Positions 23,901 through 37,604 of a stretch of DNA of 64,000 nt are shown here, piece by piece. This stretch comes from Callorhinchus milii (taxonomy: Eukaryota). Position 1 is the stretch's first letter. Every line of letters begins with the position of its first letter. The stretch is taken from assembly GCF_018977255.1 (NCBI RefSeq), contig NW_024704743.1, forward strand, positions 7,814,001 to 7,878,000, given 5' to 3'. Under the pieces are notes generated by a model. It saw only the letters and a list, made by a program, of their open reading frames with translations. It did not search any database and had not been told where the DNA came from. Position numbers and translations under genes: made by a program.

Positions 23901-26059
23901 TTCTTACTAATTATTATTATAAGTGATTTCCCCAACTGTAATTTGACACAGGATTCTTCTTTGTAGGAGTTGTAACTTTCACTGAGCTATTCCTCAGACT
24001 AACATGAATGTAACTCTTAATTACTGTAGCAGACTCAGTAAGCTCAAGCAAGGAGGTTTTGAAGGTGGGGAGGGTGAAAGGCAGAGGGTTGGAGTTGGAG
24101 TTCCAGAAAGCAGGAGCTGAATGGTTGAAAGCTTGGCCACTGACGGTGGGACAGAGCGGGCAGAACACATGAACAGGCCAGTGTTGGGCGAAGGAAGCAG
24201 CCGGGGGTGGGGGGGTGCAGGGGGGGTTAGGCCCCAAGTGGTTGCAGATATAGGGTTGGGCAAGGCCGGGGAGGCATTTGAAAGTGCAGACAAGATTTTT
24301 GAATCCAAATAAAACAAATACAAACAGCAAGAAAGAGGCAGTAGTTACTGTTTCCATTAATCACATTGGATGAATGAGTTTCTCTACAGATCAGTTTTAC
24401 CCCATTTAAAAGTTTTAATACTCCAACTCCTGTCATGTTAACATCATTTATTTTTCTATGCCAAATACATATTTTTCACACAGATTCCACGGTTTTGTAA
24501 TTGTCCACCGATTCAGTCAAAATATGGTTACATAACTATTTACGCATCGGGAAACTGCTTTGATGCTATCTGTCGCTGCTGAAAGTATCTCATAGTATGT
24601 ATGGTTCTTGTGGTCAAGGCTGGTACAGTACGATTCAAAACCTCATTATTGTGGTTTCCATTTACACATTCACGAAAGCACATTCCACCTGTGGGTTGAC
24701 ACGTACAGGCTGTGTAAGAGGCAGCAACAAAATCATGGCCCATCCAGCAATAGTCACCGGTTGGGGCTGATCTCCGTTAGTATCTACTTATAATTTGCCA
24801 ATTCTCAGAACAGAGTAAACGGTTACTGTTCCAAGTGACAGCCACACTTTTGACATATTCTTTGAAACACCAGGATGCCCGTTGAAATACACAATTCCTA
24901 AACAAGCTCATTTATATTAGGAACCTGGTTGTTAATCAATTGGCAATAATCTTCAAAAAAAATAAACAAATAAATCAATAAATAATTTGGTCACTCAATC
25001 CACCATTGTAATTGGGACAATGCTTTGTGCGCAATTGATTGCCACATTTCACCCACAAAAGATACAGTTCAATTCACTTTACAGTATATTCCAGGAAGTG
25101 CTTTGAGACGTCTCAACAACATGATATGGCGCTATATTAAATGTAAGGATTATTTATTTTTCCCTCGGCAGTCCAATTGCCTAACTAATACCAAAGGGTT
25201 GCTTTACTTGACCTGACAAACCTCATGGTTTTATTGTGCCCTATGAGAATGCATTTTGCAGAACAAATGTTGCAAAAATTGGAGGTGGGTGGATGGGGTG
25301 GGAGTGGAGTGGAGTGGCGGGGGGAGGGAGGAAAGAGTGGTGGATGCTAATCTCATGAGCGTTGTCTCACACCTTGCAGCTTGAGTGTTGGCATTCTCAC
25401 CAAATGAAAATTTTCACAGTAACAGTAGCTGCTAGCAAAATTGTGCAGAACAAATAATATGCAGACGTATAGCATTCCAGTCCCACTTACCATGCATCAG
25501 CCTCAGAGTTAGACTGAGCAAAACACTCCAGGGTGACATTAACCTATATGTAAGTAGGTGCTATTTTTCATTTCTATCCAATCATTTAAATTTCGACATC
25601 TGTTTGACTGCCTAGCAAGTAGGAATGAATCACAAAGTTAACATATGCACGTCAATGAAGGATATTAATGTTTAAATTCTAATAGTAAATAAAAGCAATG
25701 GTAAAGCTCCAATAGGTTTTACACTCAAGGTTTAGCAATAAATTATGTTTACTCACTGCAAATGATATTTAAAATGAGAGTCACTTTGGAGAAATTCCCT
25801 TCTCTTTTCGAATAGTACCATGGGATCTTCAACATCTTCCTGAGCAGACAGGTGAAACTCAGGTTTAACATCCCATCAGAAGGATGGCACTTCTCCAGTT
25901 GGAGTGCCTTGGAGTGTCAGCTTAGACTGTATGAGTTCCAAGTCCCAACGTAAGACTTGAACCCACGACCTTCTGACTCGGAAGTGAAGGTGCTACGAAC
26001 TGAGCCAGGCTTATACCTTTTTGATAGAACTAACTCGTCCAAAGCCGTTGCATGAGCAA

Positions 26060-26860
26060 CAACAACAGCTTGCATTTCACTCACAAAACATCTCAACAAA
26101 TGTGGTAGCCAAGTAAGAGGTTTAAAGATATTGACAAAAAGTTTTTTTTTGATGAGAAACAGAGAGAGAGGCAGGAAGGCAAAGAGGTTTAGAAAGATCA
26201 TTCCAGAGAATAGGGGCATGGTGTCTGAAAGCACAGATTCCAATGGTGGGGTGAAGGGAATAAGCAACGGGCCAGAGTTGGGGTGAGGCTGGAAAACAAC
26301 AATGGCAGAGCCTGACTCTGAGCTGGGGGGGTGGGTGGTGGGGAGGTGGCTGTAAGCATGGTCGAAGAGGAAGATTTTCAGTTGGGACTTGAAAAAAGGG
26401 AGAGAGTGGGCAAGCCGGAGGGATTGAAGGAGAGTGTTCCAGAGTTTCGGGGTGGAGTGGCTGAAAGCGTGACCTCCGATGGTGGGATGAAGGGTGCGAG
26501 GGATGAGCAGGAGGCCGGTGCCAGTCGAGTGGAGGCGCCAAGTGATGGATTGAGGAGTGAGGAGGTCGGAAAGGTAGGGAGATGCCAAGGAGTGAATGGA
26601 TTTGAACCACGAGTGTGAGGATCTTGAAGTAGATCCGTTCGGTGATGGGGAGCCAATGGAGCTGGCCAGAACTGGTGAGATGTGGGTACAGAGTTTGGTC
26701 CGGGTCAGTATGTTGGCGGCAGAGTTCTGAATGAGCTGGATCTTTTGAGACTGGGGAGACAGGCGAGGAGTGCTTTTGAAAAGATTACATAAAGTGGGGA
26801 ATGAAACCGTGGAGGAATTTGAAGACTAAGACAAGGATTTTAAATTCAAGCTTCAGATAT
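26060..26860 (-). mobile_element. Cluster of L2 LINE 3' fragments
   Basis: IGGHAFSHSTPKLWNTLLQSLRLAHSLPFFKSQLKIFLF peptide, typical L2 ORF2 C-terminus. Confidence 0.8.
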
Positions 26861-29765
26861 ACTAGTGGTCAATGGAGCTTGGTACATAGGAACATGAGCA
26901 AGCCATTCAGCTCCTCAAACCTGTTCCCCTGTTCTATCAGATCATGGCTGATCTGTACCTGGACTTCATTTGCCTGTCTTTGGTAATCATGGGGTAATGT
27001 ACAGTGCCTTGCGTGGGAGAGAAATTGGGTTCAGTTGAATCTTCTGAGAGTGGAACTGAGGATGCCAGGCATTGAAAAAATCTAACCTTGAGGTGACCAT
27101 CAAGGATTCCACAACAATTACGGTGAGGTTAAGAGCAAATTTGAGCAATGATCCAGTTTTGGAATGTGGGCCTGGAGAAGATTACATAGGTAAAGTGGGG
27201 AGAGGGGAGAGCGATGGAATGAATGTCAGATTTGACACTCAGTTCAGGGTCGAGCTATACATACCCAACCATTACTGTATGAAACCATTCAGCCATCACT
27301 GAAGGAAAAGTGCAAGATTGCAAGAAAATAGTCTGGTCAAATTTAACTTGCTTTGTAAAACGTTTTGATCTGCCAAAGTATATTAAAACTTCAAGTCCAA
27401 TTTCATTGTTTTCTAGCCAGTGCATACTTTGTGCTCAATAGTACTGTATTATGCCTGCAGTATTTGGCCAGCTTGCAATTGTTTTCCCTTGCTTCTACAA
27501 GGTCTTCTGCAAATACCTGCATTTAGTCTGAAAACAGCTGGTCCGAAACTAGGACATCAACCTTGATGATGTACGCACTATGGGCTTTGGCCCTCCATCG
27601 AACCACTCAATAATGAGTTTCCATTTCCAAAAGCAAGTCTTCAAGACCCTGAACCGGGTCCTTCACATACACAATGTGTTGATCACTGGTTACCAGATTA
27701 TTACCAGAGCCAGAGACAACAAAAACTTGTGTTTATACAGGGTGAATCAAAAGTCCTCACTCATAGGTCTATGTGAGATGTCCAAACTACATGCTGTGTT
27801 CACGTATCAACTCAGTGACAAAAACTTTCACCAACGTGACGAAAGACCCACAAAATATAGGGTCAATTCACTTTACAGTATATTCTGTGAAGTGCTTTGA
27901 GACGTGTAGAAGACGTGAAAAAGCACTATATCAAATGCAAGGATTATTATATTATAAAGACATCTCCTGTTAATAGTTGCCCACTCTCTACGAACGTTAT
28001 CTTAAAAAATAGAACAGAATTAATATATAATGATATATATATATAATAGTGGCACAGACACTGAATGGCCTTCTTGTGTGCTGATAAATTATTTGGGAGC
28101 AAACAGAGAGAATTGAGGATGTTGACTAAAAGTACAGTCAAATAGATATACTTTAAAAGAATTTTGAGGGTAAGGGATACAACAACAACAAGATTGCATT
28201 TATAGAGCGCCTTTCATGTCGGGAGGACGTCCCAAGGCGCTGGACAGTTGGGTCAGGACCCGAGCATGGGGGAAATGGTCAGGGTGAGGGGAGGGAAGGG
28301 AGGGAGCGAGGAGGGGGTAGAGAGTCGAGAGGGGAGGTGAAGGCACGGTTGAAGAGAAGAGTGAAATATTTTGAAAGAGAGTTCCAGAGAGCAAGGTATG
28401 AGAAACGCGCAGTTTGCACTCCTTGCATTTTGATATACCGTCTTATCATGTCAATGAGAGGTCTCAAAGTGCTTCACAGATACTACTGCAAAGTGATGTG
28501 AATGTGTGTATTTTATGGGTGAACGGGGCAGCCAATATTTTAAATGTTCATTCTATGTGAAAGGCGTTATAAAACTGCAAGTTAATTTTTGGCTAATAAA
28601 ACATTTTACAAAATATATTTCAAGGACAGGATTGTTCTGAAAACATGATTGGGGAGAAATCCGATCTGGGTCCAGGTTTGCTCTATTTATGTAGCATTTC
28701 GATGTGCCAGGAAGTTGGTAAGTTTGTAAACATTGGGTTCATTTTGAAGGTGATTTTCTGTAAATTCTTTTAAAAAGAAGTGAAGTTCAAATACATAAGA
28801 ATTTGCCAAATTCTGGACTCCCTGAAAATACTTCATAAATAGAGTAAATCTAGACCCAGGTGAAATTTCTCCAAAATGTTTATAGATTCATAGATTCATA
28901 GAATGTTATGGCACAGAAGGAGGCCATTCGGCCCATCGAGTCTGTGTGGGCTCTTTGACAGAGCAAGTCACTTTCACTAACCCCAATCACCAGCTTTCTC
29001 CCCATAACCCTGCAAACCCATCTTCCCCAGATACCTATCCAGTTCTAAAGTTCATTTCAGTTCAATTTAGGAATGAATACTAACTTTAACAATATTAATC
29101 CTTGCATTTGATATACAATACAAAATTACATTTGTATACCAACTTATCAGGTCTTTCAGACATCTCAAAGCACTTCACAGAATATATTGTAAAGTGGATT
29201 AACTCTGTATTTTGTAGGTGAAATGTAACAGCCATTTGCGCACAGCAGTAACCCACAAACAGTTGTGGATTGAGTGACCAATTTTTTTTGAGGGATGATT
29301 ATCCCCGGAAAGCAATCCGCCAATCGACTTAACCCAGTACTGCTAAGTTAAAGAGGCATGTGGAGTAAGGAAACTTGCCTGAGGTTTCACAATCGCTAAA
29401 CAGTATATTTTTTGAAATTAAGTCCGACATCCGTCTAATAGTATACAAGTTATATTAAGGAGATGATTGTTAACAAGATTAGTTACTCTTTTACCCCTTA
29501 TGGGGGACATTTATCTCCCAATTCAGCCTTGACCACAGCCTGTTGCAATTATGGATACAGCTAATTAGGTATGGCTACAGTAAAACCGAATAACTCTTCC
29601 TCATTCCCTCACTCCCCCCCTTCCCACCGCCATCCCGGACGGAAATAAAATCCAAAACAACATCTTAACTGTTGAATGAAGTGTGCATTAGACCTAGTCT
29701 TTGCAACAGCAACAGTCGTTGCAACAGCCTGCAGTCAAAGTGTTTGAAATTACATACAGTAAGAG

Positions 29766-29923
29766 GTGTGTGCATCTTATCAATAGAATATAGCACATGC
29801 TGTGTTAATTTTTATCATTAGTATAAAGTACATGGCGTGCGCATTTTATCAATAGAATAGTGTACATGATGTGCGCATCTTATCATTAGATTAAGTCCAT
29901 GGTGTGTGCATTTCTAGCATTAG
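29766..29923. repeat. Degenerate tandem repeat, ~34-bp unit, ~4.6 copies
   Basis: Units like GTGTGTGCATCTTATCAATAGAATATAGCACATG and GCGTGCGCATTTTATCAATAGAATAGTGTACATG. Confidence 0.85.
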
Positions 29924-30534
29924 TCACACAGGTCTGCTATAGTTTAAAAATCAATCTTTCCAGGGTGTTAGAGCATCAAAGAATGGTACGACATGGCTTT
30001 GCACCTGGATGTTGAGTTCTCCACACATGTTGAGCTCATAGGAACAGCATCAGCCATTTTTTTCAATTCATGGCAGCTTGTTATCTTTGTAAGCTGATTC
30101 CCCCTCCTTTTCTCCATGGAAATTAATGCCCTCGCTTTTAAACACTACAATAGATTTCAAAACTACCTCACAGAGAAAGAACACTGGACTATCTCACCCA
30201 TCTCCATCAGCCACTTACAAAGAGGCCAAACCAGGCTACTTGCCTGACCAGTTGATGTGTGACACAGGAGATCGACCCAGGGGAAAGGGGGTTAAACTAA
30301 AACTTACAGATTTTACTTTGTGTACGGTTAACAGTAAAGAAGAAAAAATATTTTCAGCTTTCACAACATCACAAGATTAGTTTGGATGAAGAAGGCCCCT
30401 TGGCCCATCTCATCCCTTTCCTTTTGTGAACACATAATCTACTGGGAAGATGGCTGTCACTGAGAACATCAAATAAACAGCTTCTAAATTCAGGCTGAAT
30501 TTCTTTTTTCCAAAATTCTGCACAATTACAGGGT

Positions 30535-30918
30535 ATAATAATAACAATAATAATAATTCTTGCATTTGATATAGCGCTTTTCATGTTTTGTAGATGTCTC
30601 AAAGCGCTTCACAGAATATACTGTAAAGTGAATTGACTGTATATTTTGCGGGTGAAACGTGGCAGCCAATTGCGCACGGGAGTGTCCCACAAACAGTCGT
30701 GGATTGAGTGACCAATTTATTATTGGTATTTTTCTTTGAAGGATTATTATTCCCAGAAAAACAATCTGCCAATTGACTAACAACCGGGTTCCTATTTACT
30801 GCGAGATAAACAGAGGCGTGTGGAGTAAGGGAACTTTCCCAACATTTCGCCCTGCTGGGAATCAAACCCAGGTCTCTCGTTTGGAAGGTGATTGCTCTAA
30901 CTGCTAAGCTACAGGAGT
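30535..30918 (-). mobile_element. tRNA-Ala-derived SINE, long form, near full length
   Basis: Head, internal GGAACCCGGTTGTTAGTC block, stem-loop tail and (TTA)n. Confidence 0.85.
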
Positions 30919-31889
30919 GGAGGGGAAAAGGCAGGTAAATGAGACTGAAAGGATTCCTTTTAAAAGACTCAGCACAGACACAATGGGCCAAATGGCCTTC
31001 TTCTGTGCTGCAAATTATTGCATGGTTCTAATCTTAACTTTTAAGACAATGGTCTGAACTCTAAAACCATGTGAAATTTCAGTCCTCTGCAGGAGACACA
31101 ATCCCACGGCAGTCAGTTCCCTCAGTATAGGATTTCTACTCATCAACCCAGTGTGAACCCTGTCCATTCCAGACTCAGGGAAATTCCCATGTGCGGGCAG
31201 CACACCTATGTGGAACACTTAGTCTGGTAGGATGCTCTTAAGCACGGTGATGGATGGGTTTGTGTGTGTGTTACCAAACCCGGCTACCCCTGTGGGGGAG
31301 AAGAGGTGACCATCAGCACCCACTGAGATTCAAGGACCAACAGTGAGAAACTAATAGAGTGTTATGTTAACCTGATCATTAGGAAATTCAAGAGAAACTT
31401 CAGGAGGTAAAGATTTAGAACCTGAGGCGCTTAGCGAACACGTGAAGCCAATCAGCCCATGCCAACGTATACTTTTAAGAGTCCAATTTTCCACAACTTT
31501 GGATACAATTACTTGTTAGGGTCACACACAAATCGGATCAAGAAAGTGGGAAGTAAAATGAACTAAAGATGCAATTTTAGAACGTTGCAAGTGAGAGCTG
31601 CAGCTTTTGGAGATATTTTCTCATTTTCAGCCAAAATCCTGACTCAGCGTTAATGTCTGGGGCTTTGTGAATTATCCCTGTAATGGTACCTTCACGCCCT
31701 TTGTAGCTTCTGGATGGACACTCTTAAACACAGTGAATGGTTTTGCACATCTGCGTCAGAGATCCAAGCGACTCGGAGTGTCTCTCGCTCCAGTTAAGAT
31801 TAACTGGTTTAATTTTGGTCGTTCGAGGTTGGAGTTAAAGTAGAATGTTAGGAAATTTACCATTAATCTGCCATATACTGTATGCAAAT

Positions 31890-32790
31890 AGTCTGTCAGA
31901 CATTAAGTTCTGGATGAGAGTTAATTTTCTACAGTTGAACGTCAACAAGACCGAGGCTCTCCTGATTGGCTCTCGTTACCACCTCCACACCTCAGGCCCT
32001 GACAGCATCACCATCCAAGGATGCACATTCCACCTCACTGAGCCAGTCCGGGAGTATCTTGTTTGACCCTCAACTGTCCTTTCGCCCTCACATCCGTGTC
32101 ATGACCCGCTCTGCCTTCCTCCACCTACGCAACATCGCCCGGCTCCGCCACTGTCTCACACCGCAGCCCGCTGAAACCCTCATCCATGCTTTCCTCACAT
32201 CTAGGCTTGACTACCCCATCTCCCTGCTTATCGGTCTCCCCAACTCTTCCCTCCACAACCTGCAGATCATCCAGACCTCTGCAGCTTGTGTCTTCTCCTG
32301 CACCAGGTTCCTTGACCCCATCACCCCTACCCTCACCCGGCTCCACTGGCTCCCCATTCCTCAGAGGATAGAGTTCAAAATCCTTGTCCTCACCTTCAAG
32401 GCCCTCCACAGCCTTGCCGCTTCCTATCTCTGTGATCTGCTAACCTCTTATCAACCTGTCTGCTCCCTCCGCTCCGCAGGCTGCTTCTTCTCCACATCCC
32501 CCGGCCAGCCTGCTCCACCATTGGCGGTCGGACCTTCAGCCTCTCTGCCCCCACCCTTTGGAACTCCATCCCACATTTCTTTTGCCTCGCTTCCTCCCTT
32601 GCCTCCTTAATGGCACGTCTCTTTGACTGTACCTTCGGCCACCCTCCTACCATCCACCCTCCCTGATCCCAAGCCTCCCCCCCACCCCTCACCCTCATGT
32701 TTGGGTCCAAAATTGTGACTATTCAGTGCCTTGGGATGTCCTACCGACATGAAAGGCACTATACAAATGGAATTTTGTATTGTATTGTAT
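31890..32790 (+). mobile_element. L2 LINE 3' fragment
   Basis: WMRVNFLQLNVNKTEALLIG...[13 protein letters not shown]...SRLDYP...RLHWLPIPQRIEFKILVLTFKALH; tail with GAAAGGCACTATACAAATG. Confidence 0.9.
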
Positions 32791-35700
32791 CTGCCGCACT
32801 GGCACACCTTTCCTTAGTGGTACGTAATATTTTTGTTGTACGAAATTTTTAATTTTATGACGTCTCAAAGGGTACCCAAAATTTAACCCCTTGAAGGTCA
32901 TCAGAAAATGAACTATATCCATCGATATATTTTAAAAGAGTAATCATGCAGTTACCCGACAAAATAGTTACTTCTCTCCAACCGAATCAGAGATTACAAG
33001 ACTAATATTCTACTTCATTTCTATAACAGGACAGTGATGTAGTGTCTGAGAAACAGCTCCCATGCAGTTTATGGCAGCATTGCCTGCAAACTGGCACATG
33101 ATTCTTTTTATCAGTTCATCACAAGGTTCGAGTGTTAGTAGTACATAACTAACCTCAATCTCACCGTGAGTAGACTGGTTCCCAGTGGAGTGAGAGCAGG
33201 AACGACACTGTATATCAGACACATCTAAACTTTTAAAAAAGGGCATGGAAGCTACGAGCATAGTTAGGAAATTGAGTTGCTTGGATAGATGCGGGTCAGA
33301 TGTTCATTTTTAGACGAGAGCCATAAATTTGGTAATAATAATTCTAATAATTACATTCCTTACATTTGGTACGTTGCCTTTAATGTCAGGAGAATGTCTC
33401 AAAGGACTTCACAGTATTTACGGTAATGTTTAGTGACTGTATTTTGTAGGCAAATGTCAGTATCCAAATATATTTTGGATATGCAACGTGTACAACAACA
33501 GCAACAACTTGCATTTATATAGTGGCCCTCACACGAGATAGCATCCCAGAGCGCTTGACTGTGGCGAAGCACTATTGAATAGGAAGGTCTTCAGACACGA
33601 CCTGAAGATGGGGAAGGAAGGGGCAAGGCGGAGGGATAGAGGAAGAGTGTTCCAGAGTTTCGGGGCATAGTGGCTAAAAGAGTGAGCGTGCGGGCGGCGG
33701 AGTTTTGGATCAGCTGGATCCTGTGTATGGTGGAATTGGGGAACCTTGACTATCAGGGCATTTGAAAAGTCGAGTCGAAACCATGGTGAACTCATTCCCA
33801 ATTGAGGCTGAATCAGTGGTACCCAGATCCCAGTGATTCCCAATAGAATTCCTTCATAAAAACACCAAATTGCAAAGACTCTTGCATAAACAAAGCAGAT
33901 TTTGCTGATTTTTGCAAATTCCACTCCAACACAATCTACTTCCAGAGCAGCATTCCCAAAGGTCAGTGTGGCACTGTTTCAGTTCATTTGAGCAGAGGAT
34001 TATAAAATTCTAAAAACATTTGATAAATGTTGAGATAAAAGGCTATTAGGCAAGAGGAAGTTAAACGGGACAACTCTGATAGTTCCAGTGGGGAGTTAGA
34101 ACAGCACAGGCACAACAAGAATAATATTAATAACCCTTGCACTTGCACCTTATCACATCGTTGAGACGTCTCAAGGCCCTTCACAGAATGTATTGCAATG
34201 TGAATTGGCTGTGTATGTTGTGGACGAAACACTGCAGCCAATTGCGCACAGCAATGGACCATAGTCATGGAGTCAATGATCAAATTATTATAATTCTTTT
34301 TGGTGGGGGGGGAATTATTACTCTCAGAAAGCGATCTGCCAATCAACTAAATGGGCTCATTGTGTGCTGAACTGTCTATGATTCCATAACATCAGTCCAT
34401 ACCAGACATAGAACGTGTTTCCTTCCGCCTGATCCTTAAATACACAAACTAAAAATAACCCAACTCTCTTCCTTTCTATTAAGTAACTCCAATGATAAGC
34501 TGTAAGGGCAAATTTCACGTGTGCAATGTCAGAGGCTCAGCTTCACTGTTGCATTGCCAGCTATGTTTTCAGAGCTGTCTCTCAAAGTCCTGCCAGGACA
34601 AAGGCTTGGCCACACACTTCTCTCCCGTAACTCCTGACAAGGACTCATCTGATGTCAGAGCATGTTTCATGTCAGGAGGACATCTTGTATTTGTAGACTC
34701 ATCAACCTGTTTCCAATCACCCTAAGCCCCTTGAACCACTGTCAATGTTGAGTTTTAACACAAAGCACAAGAAAACATGTTTTACACCTGTAACTAATAA
34801 ATAGCTGTTCTGTAATGAACCTGAAAGTTTAACCCACTTTTGTGTAACATTCTCTTCAATACATACCAGGATCCTGTGAGGTACTCTATTTATTTCATAC
34901 TATAATTAGCTTTGCACCTAAAGTGCCTGTATAGATGTGATGAAAGCACACTTGAATTACTCTTTATGGACACTGAATGCTGCGAAGCCCAAGCCTATCA
35001 TATTGTGAAGACTCATTTAGCCACACAGTTTTGCGACAGTGAATTGATGAGTTGCATTGTGAAACTCATATTTCCAATACATACACAAAAATAATTCGCC
35101 TACAAATACAAGATGTCCTCCCGACATGAAACATGCTCTGACAACTGCAAAAGGTTACTATTATTATAAATGTTGCAGGTGTTGCAATGGATTAGAAAAA
35201 AGCACAATGGATCCATCCGGTCAGTTTTAATTGTAAAGAATATATACACTACTCATTTCTCTTACTTCTGAATCCATTTCTTTGTCACTTGCTCTGAAAC
35301 AGGATCGCTTAAAGACGAGGAATCAATGCATGGGACACATACACATGTCAGTGCCTTGCTGTTGCTGCATCTCACCTTGATTTGCCTCACTTTGCTATGA
35401 GGCCATGTTCCAATGCGTTTCTATGTGTAACGTGCGAGAACTGAACCAGAAGAACTCAGCTATGTGAACATACGGTACCTAAGAATTTACAGGACAAGCA
35501 ACGACCAATATCTCTTGTATGCTCCCCACCTCCCACTACCGTCATGGAATCATACAACGTCACAACACAGAAACGGGATCATTCATGTCTATACTGACAT
35601 TTTTAATTACACAAGGCTCCTTATCTAACCTCACTCTCCTGCTTGTTATACGTGCATTTTAATAATTCTCATATACCTATCTATGATCCTCTCTTGAAAT

Positions 35701-37604
35701 TGTCATCACTATCTGCCTACACGATGGACGATATTGTGAGAAGACAGTTCGGGTTACCCCAACGTATACAGCAACATCTCCAAATAACAAAACCAGCAGA
35801 GCTACAAGTGGACTCCTCTTAGCTTCAGGAACCAGCTCTGATCCCGGATCTGGTTCAGAAGGTTTTTTTTCTAAATAAACCTCAGCGTGAATTCTGAGTT
35901 CATACTTTTCACAGGCCTGTTTATTCTGGACTTGAATCAGCTTCGGTTTCACTCCAGAGTAAGAAGTGTTGTATAAACACAGCTGAAGAAACAGGAGAGT
36001 CCTCAGTGGGTCATTCAGCTGTTGAAATCCATGTAACTGATCCACAACAATTTCACTATTTATTTTTCAGCATGAGATGTGCTCGGGTGAAATTGTTTTT
36101 AAAGAAATGCCCCAGTCAGCAAAAAAAATAGTAACACAAAGGCAGAATATAGCTCAGTTCCACTTGGAACAAGCGAGAATTGTCAAAACATCAAATTAAT
36201 TGTTGCTAGAAAGACCCACTCTTCATATTTAGCATTGATGAGTTCTACCTGTGAACGCATTTTTACACCATCAGTTTCGGATCAGTGAGATGCTTTGCAA
36301 ACATAAAAGTAAAGATGTATTGTTCGCAATCAAACGCAATTGGATTTTATTTTTTGGTCAATTGGATTTCTGATACATGCAGAAATCTATCACAATGCTC
36401 ATAAGTATCTAAACCAGACTGAGAATAAGGAGCTATTTGAGGTAAAACAATACTGTAAATAACAATAATTATTAATAATAATAATAATCCTTGCATTTGA
36501 TATTGCATAGTTCTTTCCCATGAAATATTGTGATGACTTAAGCACTCAAACAGGCTCTTGTTTGATATGGTTGATGTAATAATAACAAGCCAAAGAGCCC
36601 ACCCAGGATAAAAGTCTCAATCGATATCACTAGGAAAAGTATAAATTGCCCCAGCAGAGGATGAAGAATTTGTGGAAAGAATATTAACTTTGAACCACAG
36701 AAATCGACCACTGCTCAGTTCTGCTGAGAAACAGAAGTACTGATTAACGCTATTGTTTCACCTGATCACAAGAGCCTATTGGACAGCAAGTGCCACTAAC
36801 ACAGCGATAGGCACAGAGAGGCCAATGGGTCTTATTTTCAAACTCTTTGGAGAAGGCGCCAAAGATTTACTGGTTTGGGAGGGTGGGAGGGAGGGAGGGA
36901 GGGAAGGAAGGAGGGAAGGAGCGAGGATTATATAAGTTCACATGGATATCCACAGGAATGTAATGATACAACAACAACTTGCATTTATACAGCGCCTTTC
37001 ACATGGGGTAGCGTCCCGGAGCACTTGACAGTGGCGGAGTCTGACACCAAGCCGGGGGAGAGGGAAGGGGGAGAGGGAGGGGGGAGTCGATCATAAGCAC
37101 GATCAAATCGGAAGGTCTTCTGGTGGGATTTTAAAGTGGGAAGGGACAGGGCAAGGCAGAGGGATTGAGGAAGAGTGTTTCAGAGTTTCGGGGAGATTTT
37201 AGCCATTGGGCCTATCGTGTCTGTGCTGGCTCTTTTAAACAGTATTCTTTTGAGTCCTATTTCCCTGCCCCTTCCCCAACCCCCTGTAATTTATTCTTTT
37301 TTGGTATTCCCTTCCTTTCTGGTTCCCTTCTGAAAGCTAATATAGATTTGTTCTCAACCACTGCTCCAAGCAGGGCATTACATATCCTAAACATTTTGTG
37401 CATGAAAAAAAATCTCCCAACCTCATTTGCCCATTAGCTGGCTGGCTATCTTAAATTGATGTCCTCTAGTCACTGACTCAATGACTAGTGGAAATAATTT
37501 AAGAAACACCTTGATGCTGTACAAAGATAGTACAGTGGGTATTCTGGAAAGATTAAATCAAACCACTAGTGTGGCATTTTCTATTTCCCCAAATAATGTA
37601 ACAT

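Noticed and set aside
29766..29923. CRISPR-like array
   Set aside because: Units are contiguous degenerate repeats without unique spacers, no cas genes, eukaryotic context.
35677..36045. 122-aa minus-strand ORF
   Set aside because: No family resemblance and no exon context.
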